A stretch of DNA of 64,000 nt from the human T2T-CHM13v2.0 reference genome, Homo sapiens, in the NCBI RefSeq assembly GCF_009914755.1, contig NC_060930.1; one strand, given 5' to 3'. Shown piece by piece: positions 43,670-61,013 of the stretch (position 1 is its first letter; each line of letters starts with the position of its first letter). The notes beneath the pieces are model-generated. The model saw only the letters and a program-made list of their open reading frames with translations. It was not told the DNA's origin and did no database searches. The translations under genes were made by a program, and so were the position numbers.

Positions 43670-44262
43670 GAGATAATTTTGTACCAGCCCTGGCGGGTCT
43701 CCCTGATTCTTACCCTCCCTCCTCCCCACTCCGATGTATGCTCAACATAGCAGCCAATGATCCTTTTAAACCATAAGTCAGAACATGTCACTCCTTGCTT
43801 GAAACCATGCAAAGGCTCCCCACCTTATTCTGAGGGAAAGCCAGAGGTCTTAGAGGCCCACATGCCCCTGCACAGCTCGGCTTCCTCCTGACTGCATCTC
43901 CAGCTACCTTCCCTCTTGCTCTCTCTGCTGTAGCCCGGGCTCGTCCTCACACACACCAGGCCTGTGGCTGCCTCTGTTCCCTGTTCTGGCTGTACACTCC
44001 ACCTGGTCTTCCTCAATACCCACACGCTGGCTCCCTTGCTTCTTAAGGTCTGTGCTCAACCCTTCTGATTCGTTTCACTCTGCTTTATTTTTCTCCACAG
44101 CACTTATCACATCTGATATGCTACATGTTTACTTGTTTATGTGTTTGTTGTCGCTTTTCCTCACTAGGATGTCAGCCCCAGGAGGAGAGGAACCTGGTCT
44201 GCTTTGTTTGTTTCATCTGCAGTACTCAGAAGAGGTCTAGGTCTGTTACAGGTGCTCAGAAG
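43670..44262 (+). mobile_element. L2 3' end; its tail continues after the L1 at 50222-50247
   Basis: tccttttaaaccataagtcagaacatgtcactcc...ggtgctcag; gaataaatgaatgaatg after the L1. Confidence 0.75.
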
Positions 44263-44851
44263 GTTTTTTTTTTAATATACTTTAAGTTCTAGAGTACATG
44301 TGCACAACATGCAGGTTTGTTACATATGTATACATGTGCCGTGTTGGTGTGCTGCACCCATTAACTCGTCTTTTGCATTAGGTATATCTCCTAATGCTAT
44401 CCCTCCTCATTCCCCCCTACCTCATGACCGGCCTCGGTGTGTGATGTTCCCCACCCTGTGTCAAAGTGTTCTCATTGTTCAATTCCCACCTATGAGTGAG
44501 AACATGAGGTGTTTGGTTTTCTGTCCTTGCGATAGTTTGCTCAGAATGATGGTTCCCAGCTTCATCCATGTCCCTACAAAGGACATGAACTCATCCATTT
44601 TTATGGCTGCATAGTATTCCATGGTTAAATGTGCCACATTTTTTTAAATTATACTTTAAGTTCTAGGGTACATGTGCACAACGTGCAGGTTAGTTACATA
44701 TGTATACATGTGCCATGTTGGTGTGCTGCACCCATTAACTTGTCATTTACATTAGGTATATCTCCTAATGCTATCCCTCCTCCCTCACCCCACGCCAAAA
44801 CAGGCCCCGGTGTGTGATGTTCCCCTTCCTGTGCCCATGTGTTCTCATTGT

Positions 44852-48676
<3,825 letters not shown>

Positions 48677-48739
48677 TATGATCTTAGCTGGTTATTTTGC
48701 TCATTAGTTGATGCAGTTTCTTCCTAGCATCGATGGTCT

Positions 48740-49764
48740 TTACAATTTGGCATGTTTTTGCAGTGGCGGTACTGGTTGTTCCTTTCCATGTCTAGTGCTT
48801 CCTTCAGGAGCTCTTGTAAGGCAGGCCTGGTGGTGACAAACTCTCTCAGCATTTGCTTCTCTGTAAAGGATTTTATTTCTCCTTCACTTATGAAGCTTAG
48901 TTTGGCTGGATATGAAATTCTGGGTTGAAAATTCTTTTCTTTAAGAATGTTGAATATTGGCCCCCACTCTCTTCTGGCTTGTAGAGCTTCTGCTGAAAGA
49001 TATGCTATTAGTCTGATGGGCTTCCCTTTGTGGGTAACCCAACCTTTCTCTCTGGCTGCCCTTAATATTTTTTCCTTCATTTCAACCTTGGTGAATCTGA
49101 CAATTATGTGTCTTGGAGTTGCTCTTCTCGAGGAGTATCTTTGTGGCGTTCTCCATATTTCCTGAATTTGAATGTTGGCCCGCTTTGCTAGATTGGGGAA
49201 GTTCTCCTGGATAATATCCTGCGGAGTGTTTCCCAACTTGGTTCCATTCTCCCCATCATTTTCAGGTACACCAATCAGACGTAGATTTGGTCTTTTCACA
49301 TAGTCCCATATTTCTTGACTGCTTTGTTCATTCCTTTTTACTCTTTTTTCTCTAAACTTCTCTTCTCACTTCATTTCATTCATTTGATCTTCAATCACTG
49401 ATACCCTTTCTTCCACTTGATTGAATCGGCTACTGAAGCTTGTGCATGTGTCACGTAGTTCTCGTGCCATGGTTTTCAGCTCCATCAGGTCATTTAAGGT
49501 CTTCTCTACGCTGTTTATTCTGGTTAGCCATTCATCTAATCTTTTTTCAAGGTTTTTAGCTTCTTTGCAATGGGTTTGAACATCCTCCTTCAGCTCAGAG
49601 AAGTTCATTATTACTGATCGTCTGAAGCCTTCTTGTCTCAACTCGTCAAAGTCATTCTCCATCCAGCTTTGTTCCGTTGCTGGTGAGGAACAGCGTTCCT
49701 TTGGAGGAGAAGAGGCACTCTGATTTTTAGAATTTTCAGCTTTTCTGCTCTGGTTTCTCCCCAT
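48740..49764 (-). pseudogene. L1 ORF1 (RNA-binding chaperone), disrupted
   Basis: MGRNQSRKAENSKNQ... (49366-49764) and KRPNLRLIGVPE...YPAKLSF (48724-49299) separated by a stop. Confidence 0.96.
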
Positions 49765-50459
49765 CTTTGAGATTTTATCTACCTTTGGTCTTTGATGATG
49801 GTGACATACAGATGGGGTTTTGGTGTGAACGTCCTTTCTGTTTGTTATTTTTCCTTCTAACAGTCAGGACCCTCAGCTGCAGGTCTGTTGGAGTTTGCTG
49901 GAGGTCCATTCCAGACCCTGTTTGCCTGGGTATCACCAGCGGAGGCTGCAGAACAGCAAATGTTGCTGCCTGATCCTTCCTCTGAAAGCTTCATCTTAGA
50001 GGGGCACCCAGCTGTATGAGGTGTCAGTTGGCCCCTACTGGGAGGTGTCTCCCAGTTAGGCTACTCAAGGGTCAGGGACCCACTTGAGGAGACAGTCTGT
50101 CCGTTCTCAGACCTCAAACTCCATGCTGGGAGAACCACTACTCTCTTCAAAGCTGTCAGACAGGGACGTTTAAGTGTGCAGAAGTTTCTGCTGCCTTTTG
50201 TTCCACTCAGAAGGTTTTTTTGCATGCATGAATAAATGAATGAATGTTCAAGCCCTCACAAGTCCACAACTAAATTCCCATTTCAAATTGATCTCTTAGT
50301 CACAAATTCATTCCTAAGCATTTCGTGCCCAAAACTGGGTAGGAAATAAGTGAAAAAGCTGGAGTAAAATAGACATTCTTGGAGAATGACTGTACACAGA
50401 ATCTTACATATTTCTGAAAATGGAGTTGGCAGCTAAGAGTTTTAAAAGATCCTGAAATT

Positions 50460-50752
50460 GGCCAGGTGCGGTAGCTCATGTCTATAATCCCAGCACTTTG
50501 GGAGGCTGAGGTGGGTGGATCACTCGAGGCCAGGAGTTCGAGACCAACCTGGCTAACATGATTAAACCTTGTGTGTACTAAAAAATACAAAAATTATCTG
50601 AGCGTGGTGGCACACACCTTAGTCCCAGCAACTGAAGAGGCTGAGTTACGAGAATTTCTTGGGCCTGGGAGGCAGAGGTTGCAGTGAACTGAGATCATGC
50701 CACCACACACTCCAGCCTGGGTGACAGAGTGAGACTCTGCCTCAAAAAGAAA
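50460..50752 (+). mobile_element. Alu (S/J type)
   Basis: Full dimer; TSD aaaagat(c/a)ctgaaatt. Confidence 0.93.
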
Positions 50753-51855
50753 AAAGATACTGAAATTATTGCAGTACAGCTTTATGTAGGTACCTGATGC
50801 TAATGCCAGAAATTCTGAAGCTAACTTTGTTCTCTTAAGGTAGTCTCCCCTTGGCAAGTCTAGCTTATATTTTAGTTAAGGTCAAGGATTTCTATGAGTA
50901 ACACAGATTTCAAATATTCTATCCCAATATCCTCATATTTTTTAGTTAAAGTTCTAAATTTTTGTTTCAGAAATATGGAGTCATAACTATAACACAAATA
51001 TGAGTTTAAGGATAGATTTTGTTGGAAAGGGAGGTTCAGGGATGGAAAGAACTGGAGGAATTATGCATCACAGATAGAAAAAAGAAATGGAAATCTAGTT
51101 TAACAGCTCTGTCTGGTTCAGCAAATATTTATTAATCACCTTCAGTGTGCATAAGGCTGTCATCCTTGAGAGAAGGAAAATGCATACAGCAAGCCCATAT
51201 TCACCCCTGATTTCTGCTTGGGAGGACTACTAAACTTCTTCCAAGGGAAGTGGCCTAAACAGATATCATTCTTTCCAGGCAGAGGAGACTGAGATCGGGG
51301 TCTGTGCTGCTGATGCAGGTGGAATTTGTGGACAGGGTAACAGACAGAAGGGAGCTGGACGGGGAAGGAGCCCCAGAAATATGCATAGGATTTTCTCAAG
51401 TCTTTGCCAAATACTAAGCTGTGTTTAGGCACAGTAGACACCTGAAGGCCTAGCAAACAGCTTCATGAAGATTGAGAGGTGAATCCAGATTTTAGAGACT
51501 GCACAATGTTAGGAGGCATCGGAATTTCAACAGCCAAAATAAGAAAACCTCATGATCACCCCAGTCATTCAGATGAGTCTCAGAAAGGCCATGGTAGAAC
51601 TAGGGATCATGCTCTAGAGTAAGGGCTATTCTAGAACTGGCCAAGCAGAGCCAATAATCTAATCTCATCAGGATTAACGCAGTCTACCAAGAAATTATTG
51701 CCTTCCCGGACACAAGTAAACAATCTTAAATGGAAAAAATATCCTGACTTTCAATGATGTTGCATTCACAATCTCCAACAAACAATGAAAAACAAATCAC
51801 TAGACATGTAAAGAAGAAGAAAAATGTGATCCAAAATCAGAAGAAAAAATGGTAA

Positions 51856-52170
<315 letters not shown>

Positions 52171-53807
52171 TAGAGATTTTAAAACAACTTTTATAAACAT
52201 GTATATGGATCTAGGGAAAAACATAAACACAGTAATAAAGAAAACATTTTTAAAGAAACAAATATGACTTTTAAAGCTAAAAAAACTATAAATAAAATTT
52301 AAAATTTACATAAGAGGTTTACAGCAGATTAGATACTGCAGAAGAAAAGACTAGCACACATAAACAGAGAACATGCAGAGAAACCGATAAGTTGGCTTTT
52401 CCTCAGAAATAACACAAGCAAGATGAAAATGAAACATCTTTAAAATATAGGAAGGAAAAAGACTGTCTATCTAAAATTTAATATATAGTAAAAATGTTCA
52501 TCAGAAATTAAAGCCAAATTTAAAAGTTTTAGATAAAATGTGAGAGAATTTATTGTCAATAGACAACAAAAATGGTAAAGGAGGCATTTCAGGTTGAGAG
52601 GAAACAGTGCTATGAAAACTCAAACCTGCATGAAGGACTAAAGTTTGCTGAAAATGGTGAGCGTGAGCAAGTATAAGACTTTTTCATGTTTCTTAATTTA
52701 CTTAAAAGACAATAGATAGTTTAAAGCAAAAAATAATAGCAATGTTTTGTGGGAATTATATGTAGAAATTAAATGTATGACAAAAACCGCTTACAGGATA
52801 TGTGGGACAAGAGAGAGATTAAAAACATTAATGTCTTTTTTAATGTCAAATATTAAATGGAATTATGCAACTTAAATCTTTTTGCATTATGTATAAAATG
52901 ATTTAATATTCATCAAAAGTAGACTAGTAAGTTAAGAATGCATATTGTAATTCTTAATGCCACCCACTTTATAAAAAGCATACTTTTAAGTACTCTATTT
53001 CTACCATTGGCTTTTTTGCTAATTAAAAAAAGTCAATTGTAGAAATAAAATAGAATGCTTAAAATTATTTTATTGACCAAAAAGAAAGTAGAAAAAAGAA
53101 AAAGTAAAAATAGAACTGATGGAAAAAATAGAAAACAAATAGCGTGTACTCAGCCATATCAATAATCACATTAAATGTAAATATAATTAACACTGAAATT
53201 AAAAGGCAGACATTGTCAGTGTACATTAAAAAGCAAACCCCAACAGCTTGCTGGGTGAGATTAAAGATGCAAATTAAAAGAAAAAGGATGGGGAAAAAAT
53301 ATGCCAAGAAAGTACTAATTATAAGAACGTTACAGTGGCTATATTAATATCAGACAAAATAAACACCGAGACATATGGCAATATTAGAGACAAAGAAGGA
53401 TATTTTATAATAATAAAAAGGTCATTATGTATACCTAATGACAAAACTTCAAAATATATGAAGCAAAAACTGACAGTACTACAGGGAAAAACAAACCCAC
53501 AATTATACTTGGTGATCTGAGCCCTCCTTTCTAACTGATAGGAAAAGTTAGTAACATCATTAAGGATATGGAAGATCTGAATAATGCCATCAGACCATTT
53601 AACTAACTGATATTTCTAGAATATTTCCTATAAAAAGTCCAGAATAGAGGTTCTTTTCACATGCACATAGAATTATACCAAGATAGACCATATACTGGTC
53701 AATAAAATAAGTTTCAACAAATTTAACAGATGTGACATCATACGAAACATATTTTCTGAAAACAAAAAGAATTAAGTTAGAATTTAAAAAAAAAAAAAGA
53801 TATCTAC

Positions 53808-54052
53808 TAAGTACAATGTGGTATCCTAGACTGATCCTGGAGTAAAGACCTTAGTGGAAAAACTGATAAAATCTGAATCTAGAAATAGCAATATACCAAT
53901 GTTGATTTTTTTTAGTATTGACGAATGTAGCATGGTAATGTAAAATGTTATCTCTGGGGAAACTGAGTGACAGGCATACAGAAACTATCAGTTATATTTC
54001 TGCAGCTTTTTTGTAAATCTACAACTATTCTAAAATAAAACTTTTTTAAAAA
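53808..54052 (+). mobile_element. L1MC-like 3' end nested in the older L1
   Basis: caatgtggtatcctagactgatcctgg...tttgtaaatctacaactattctaaaataaaa. Confidence 0.65.
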
Positions 54053-54719
54053 CCAGTTTTTTTTCAAATCCCCAAATATTTGGAAAGTAAGCAATACCAT
54101 TACAAATATCCCATGGCTCAAAGAAAAAAATCGCAAGCGGTATTAGAAAATATTAGAATTAAATGGTAATCACAACATTTTAAAATTTGTGGGATTCAGC
54201 TCTTTACTTAGAAGTTTGGGCCTGTAAGTGCTTAATTAGAAAAGAATGAAGGTCTAAAATCAATTATCTACCCTTCTTCAAGCAGCCAAAAATATAAGAA
54301 CAAATTAAACCCCAAGTAAGTAGAAAGAAGGAAGCAATAAAGAGTGGAAATCAATGAAATAGAAAACAGACAATCAAAAGAGAAACATCAACCAAGTCAG
54401 AAATTGTTTCTTTGAAAAGTTAAATAAAATGAATAATCTCCTAGCAATACCATTCAAGAAAAAAAGGAAAATACAAGCCATCAATATGAGGAATGAAAGA
54501 GGGAACATAGAGCCTATAGACACTAAAGGACAATAAAGAAATACATAAAGAAATGTATGCCAGTAAATTTGAAACTTTATATAAACAGATTAAATTATTT
54601 GACAAATACAAATTAACAAAACTAATACAATAAGAAATAGAAAGTCTGAAGAACCCTATATCTGTTCAGGAAAATTAATTCATAGTTAAAATCTTCCCCA
54701 CAAAGAAAACTTCAACCTT

Positions 54720-55012
54720 GGCCGGGCACGGTGGCTCACGCCTGTAATCCCAGCACTTTGGGAGGCTGAGGCAGGCAGACCATGAGGTCAGGAGATAGAG
54801 ACCATCCTGGCTAACACGGTGAAACCCCGTCTCTACTAAAAATACAAAAAATTAGCCGGGTGTGGTGGCGGGTGCCTGTAGTCCCAGCTACTCGGGAGGC
54901 TGAGGCAGGTGAATATCATGAACCTGGGAGGCAGAGTTTGCAGTGAGCCGAGATTGCGCCACTGCACTCCAGCCTGAGCGACAGAGTGAGACTCCGTCTC
55001 AAAAAAAAGAAT
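54720..55012 (+). mobile_element. AluY
   Basis: accatcctggctaacacggtgaaacccc; TSD AAGAAAACTTCAACCT at 54703-54718 and 55013-55028. Confidence 0.96.
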
Positions 55013-55658
55013 AAGAAAACTTCAACCTCAGGTGAATTTTATCAAACAGTTAAGGAAGAAATATTACCAATCATACACAGTCTTTTCAGAATACAGAGGA
55101 GAGAACATTTCCCAACTTGCTTTTTGAGACCAGCATGTCTCATAAAACCAGATAAATACATTACAAAAATAGAAAACTTCAGACCAATATCCCTCATAAA
55201 AATAAATGCAAAAATCCTTAACAAAATATTAGCAAATTCATAAATACACAGAAATAATAATATATCATGACCAGGTAGGATTTTTCCCCCAGGAATGCCA
55301 GGTTGATTTAACAATGGAAAATTAATAGATCAGTGTAATTCACTACTTAACAAAAAAGGGGGGAAGCATATAAACATCTTAATAGTTGCAGAAGAAGCAT
55401 TTGCCAAATTCAACACCTATTCATCATAAAACACAACACAGCATATTAAAAATATAAGGAAACTTCCTCATTTTGACAAAGATCTAAAACCCTAAAGGTA
55501 TCATCACAATGACAAAATTCTTAAGTCATGCTGAGATTGGGAAGGCACAATGTCCACTGCGCACCATTTTTATTCAATATTGTACTGGAGGTCTTAGTGC
55601 AATGAGGCAAGACCATGAAACAAACAAAGACATAAAGATTAAAAATAAAGGATCAAGG

Positions 55659-56696
55659 CTTTCTGCACTAAGTAGAGAGGCATCCATACGGTCCTGTTCT
55701 AGATTCCCTTCATAACTTAAAGGGAAACTCACACAACGTCCAGAGCCCTTGATGTCATGCAAGTGAAGAAGTATGTCCTCAACTATCTTGCAGCAGTAAC
55801 TGACTTATTGCACCAACCTTGACTTCCAAATGGAACAGTACATCTACAAAAAGGAAGAGTGATGGCTTCTACATCACAAATCTGAAGAGGACCTGGGAGA
55901 AGCATCTGCTGGCATCTCATGCTATTGTTGCCATTGAATACCCTGCCAATGTCAATGTCATATCATATAGGAATGTTGGCCAGCAGGCTGTGCTGAAGTT
56001 GCTGCTGCCACTGGAGTCACTCCTATTGCTGGCCACTTCACTCCTGGAAACTTCACTAGCCAGATCTAGGCAGCCTTCCAAGAACTGCATCTTCTGGTGG
56101 TTACTGGCCCCAGGGCTGACCACCAGCTGCTGACAGAGTCGTCTTATGTTAACCTGCCTACCAACCATTGCTCTGTGTGACACAGATTCTCCTCTGCACT
56201 GTGTGGACATTGCAATCCCATGCAACAACAAGGGCTCTCACTCAGTGGGTCTGATGTGGTGGAGACTGACCCAGGAAGGTCTACACATGAGTGTCACCAT
56301 CTCCCATAAGCACTCATGGGAGAAGGTCATGCCCGATATTTACTTCTACAGAGATCCTGAGCAGATTGAAAAGGAAGAGGCAGGCTGCTGCTGAAAAAGC
56401 TGCGGCCAAGGATGAATTTCAGGGAGAATGGACTGCTGCACCTCATGAGTGCACCGCTACTCAGGCTGACTAGTCTAAAGACGTGCAGGTGCCCTCTGTG
56501 CCTATTCAGCAGGTCCCTACTAAGACTGAAGCATTCAGCCTGCCACAGAAGACTGGTCTGCAGCTCTCACTGCTCCGGCTGCTGAATGGGTAGGAACAAC
56601 CACTGAGCGTTCCTAAGCTGTTCTTCCACAGACTCTTAAGCAAAATAGAAATAAGGTTGATGGAAAATAAACATTAGTTTCTAAATAAATAAATAA
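55659..56696 (+). pseudogene. RPSA: Processed pseudogene of RPSA (40S ribosomal protein SA / uS2 / laminin receptor), full length
   Basis: Intronless; 5'UTR-like start ctttctgcac; start codon decayed to ACG (55736-55738); peptides [82 protein letters not shown] in shifting frames; TAA 56614-56616; AATAAA 56666-56671; A-rich tail. Confidence 0.96.
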
Positions 56697-58467
56697 GAAT
56701 GACTCAAAAGAAGACATGATTGTTTATAGAGAAAAATCTCAGTCAATATATTATAAAAAAAACTTAGCTATGTTAGCAAAGTCACAGAATATAAGATGTA
56801 TATGCAAAATTGAATTGTATGTTTATAGAGTAGCAATGATTGGAAATCAACATTGAAAATATCATAATATAGTGACATCAAAAATATTATCAAAAACTTT
56901 AACAAAAGATGTGTAAGACCTCTACACTAAAAATTATAAAACCTTACTGAAGGAAATTAAAGAAGACTGAAATAAATAATAAGACATACCACATCCCTGA
57001 TTTAGAAGCTTCAATATTGCTATCAGTTCTCCCCAAATTAATCTATAGATTCACTGCCATTTTAATCAAGATCCCAGTAGGCTTAAAAAAAAAAAAAAAA
57101 AAACAGAAACAAAAACTGATTCTAAAATTTTCACGAGAACACAAATGACCTAGAATTTAGCCAGGAAAACAAAATCTTTTTTAAAAAAATCAAAGTTGGA
57201 GGACTAACACTACTTGATTTTGAGACTTACTCTAAAGCTACAGTAATAAAGACAGTGTAGAACTGGCATAAGAAGAGACACATTGAGCAGTCAAAAGAAT
57301 AGAGAGTTCAGAAACAGACCCACACATATGCAGTCATTTGATTTTCAGCATTGGCCATGAAAAATTCAATGGGGAAAAATGTTGTTTTCATAAAATTGTA
57401 CTGGAATAACTGTATGTCTATATGGAAAATAAAGAAACTTGACACCTACCTCACAGCATACACAAAAATTAATTTGACAAAGACCATAGACCTAAACATA
57501 AAAGCTAAAACTTTAAGCTTCCAGAAGAAAACACAGGGGAAGGGAGGGGAGAGAAGAAGAGGGGATGGGAGGGGTAGGGGAAGGGGAAGGGAATAAGTGC
57601 CTTGCCCAGAGAGTGCTGCATACTGAGTTAGGAAAAGATTTCTTAGGATACCATAAAAGAAAAAAGATAAATTGGTTTTCATCAGAATTTAAAACTTCTA
57701 CTCATCAGAAAATGAATGGGTCAGCCTCAGACTGGGATAAAATTGTGTGTGGGGGCTGGGTTTATATAGCTCTACATATTATAGAATATATATATATATC
57801 TTCTTCCACTCAAGAATAAAAAGACAACCCAATTTTTAAATGGCCAAAACACTTGCAATATTTATATGTATCCAAAAAGTACTTGAAAAAGTACTAACAT
57901 CATTAGTCACTGGTGAAATGCTAAATAAATCACAATGAGATTCGATTTCACACCCATCAACACAATTAAAATTTAAAAATCGACAACATCAAATGTTACT
58001 GAGGTTGTGGAGCAACTGGAACTCTTATACATTGCTAATGAGGATATGAAATCATACAACCACTTTGAAAAACTGTCTATTTCCTATGTTACAGATACGC
58101 CTACCCTATGGCCTAACAATTCAACTCTAGGTATACATAAACCTAAGAGAAATAAACAATGTATGTCCACAAAAAGCCCTATAGATGAATGTTCATAACA
58201 ACTTTATTTATAACAGAGAAAAAATATAGACAACCCAATGTCCATCAACAGGAAAATGAATAGACAAATTGTACATTCATACAGTGGATACTACTCAGCA
58301 ATGAAAAGGAAAGAAGTATGGATACATGCAACAATGCAGATGAATCTTAAAAACATTACATTGAGCTAAAGAAGCCTTGCTCAAAAGTGTACCTACCTTG
58401 TAATCCTATGTGTATGAAGTACAAGAATAGGCAAAACTAGTCTCTGGTGATAGAAAGGTGCCTGGGA

Positions 58468-58733
58468 GGCCTCCAAGCAGTGGCTCATACCTGTAATCCC
58501 AGTACTCTGAGAGGCAGAAGCAAGCAGATCACTTGAGGCCAGGAGTTTGAGACCAGGCTGGGCAACATAGTGAAAACCCTTCTCTAGAAAAAATACAAAA
58601 ATTACCCAGGCATGGTGGTGCACGCCTGTAGTCCCAGCTACTCAGGAGGCTGAGGCACAAGACTGGCTTGAGCCAGGGAGGTGGAGGTTGCAGTGAGCGC
58701 CGAGATGGAGCCACTCCCTCCAGCCTGGGCAAC
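58468..58733 (+). mobile_element. AluJ lacking its A tail
   Basis: Dimer ending cctgggcaaca, followed by a G-rich tract. Confidence 0.9.
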
Positions 58734-58949
58734 AGGGGTGGGGGTTGGGGGGCAGGTGCCTGGATGGGATAGCAGGGGGCAAGGGGCAGGGGGCAGTGGG
58801 TAGGAGACCAACTAACTGTGCGTGGGGAAACATTATGCAATGATGGCAATGAGGGTCCTAGTGTATGCACGTTTTTCAGTCTCACTGAACCACACACCTA
58901 AGATCTGTGCATTTTACTGTGAATATTGATTATACATCCATTTTAAATG

Positions 58950-59115
58950 GCAGAGAGAGAGAGGCACGAGTAAGAAAGAAGCAGGGAGGGAAGAAGGAAG
59001 GAAGGAGTATGCAAGGAAAGAAGGGAGGGAGGGAGATGAAGGAAGGGAGGGAAAGAGGAGGAGAATAGGGGCAGAGAAGAGAGGGTGGGAAGGGTAGGGG
59101 AGGAGAGGGAAAAAG
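58950..59115. repeat. GA-rich low-complexity tract
   Basis: Directly visible. Confidence 0.9.
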
Positions 59116-59298
59116 GTGCCTTGCTCAGAGAGTGCCGATTGCTGAGTTGGCTGCACTCATTTCTGAGCTCGGGAGAGCAAAAATCAGCAGGGGTGTGCAC
59201 TCTCATCTCTCTCTGTGAGTTCCTGTGTGGATTATGTGATCTGGCAGAGAGTGGATCTGAAAAATCTTCCACTGAATCTTATGAAGTTGCTTAGTTTA

Positions 59299-59894
<596 letters not shown>

Positions 59895-60244
59895 CTATGG
59901 GCATTTGGGGCTTACAGCCATTTTTACGGTAGAATCTTGCTAACCCGCTGATCCTTATTTTCTCCAGAATCCTGTAGACTGGCCACGCTGCCAACTCCCT
60001 GCAGGAGGCCTCCAGGGAGCACCAGACCTGCTGCTCCCTCAAGCTCCCTGGGATTTTTACTAAGAATCACTTGTGTCTGGTCTCAAATATGTTTATGACA
60101 TTTGTATTTGTTATTGTAATTTTGTATTTTAATTAAATATTATGTAATCAAAATAATGAGTGGCAAAAGCTTCTATATGAACTAAGGATGAATACTTTGC
60201 AAATACTCGATAAAGGCATGTTGTTAAAAAATGAGTACTGTCTG

Positions 60245-60672
60245 ATTAGGTATATACAATAGGCCATTCTTGCATTGCTATGAAGAAATATCTGAGACTG
60301 GGTAATTTATAAAGAAAAGAGGTTTAATTGGCTCACGATTCTGCAAGCTGCACAGGAAGCATGGTTCTGGCATCTATTTGGCTTCTGGGGAAACCTCAGG
60401 TAGCTTACAATTATGGCAGAAGGCGAAGGAGGGGCAGGCATCCCACGTGGTGAGAGGGAGTGTAGGGGAGAGGGAGAGAAAGACAGAAAGTGCAAGAGAG
60501 AAAGTATGAACACATTTCTAAACAATCAGACTTCCTGAGAACCCACTCATAGCAACAAGACATGATGGATCTGCCCCCATTACTCAAACACCTCCCACCA
60601 GGCCCCGCCTCCAACATTAGGGATCACAATTCAACCTGAGATTTCACGGGGACATATATTCAAACCATATCA
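60245..60672 (-). mobile_element. MSTA-type MaLR solo LTR
   Basis: ggccattcttgcattgctatgaagaaatatctgagactgggtaatttataaagaaaagaggtttaattggctcac...caaaccatatca. Confidence 0.88.
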
Positions 60673-60697
60673 GTTTAGTTCTCCCTCTTTCTAACCC

Positions 60698-61013
<316 letters not shown>

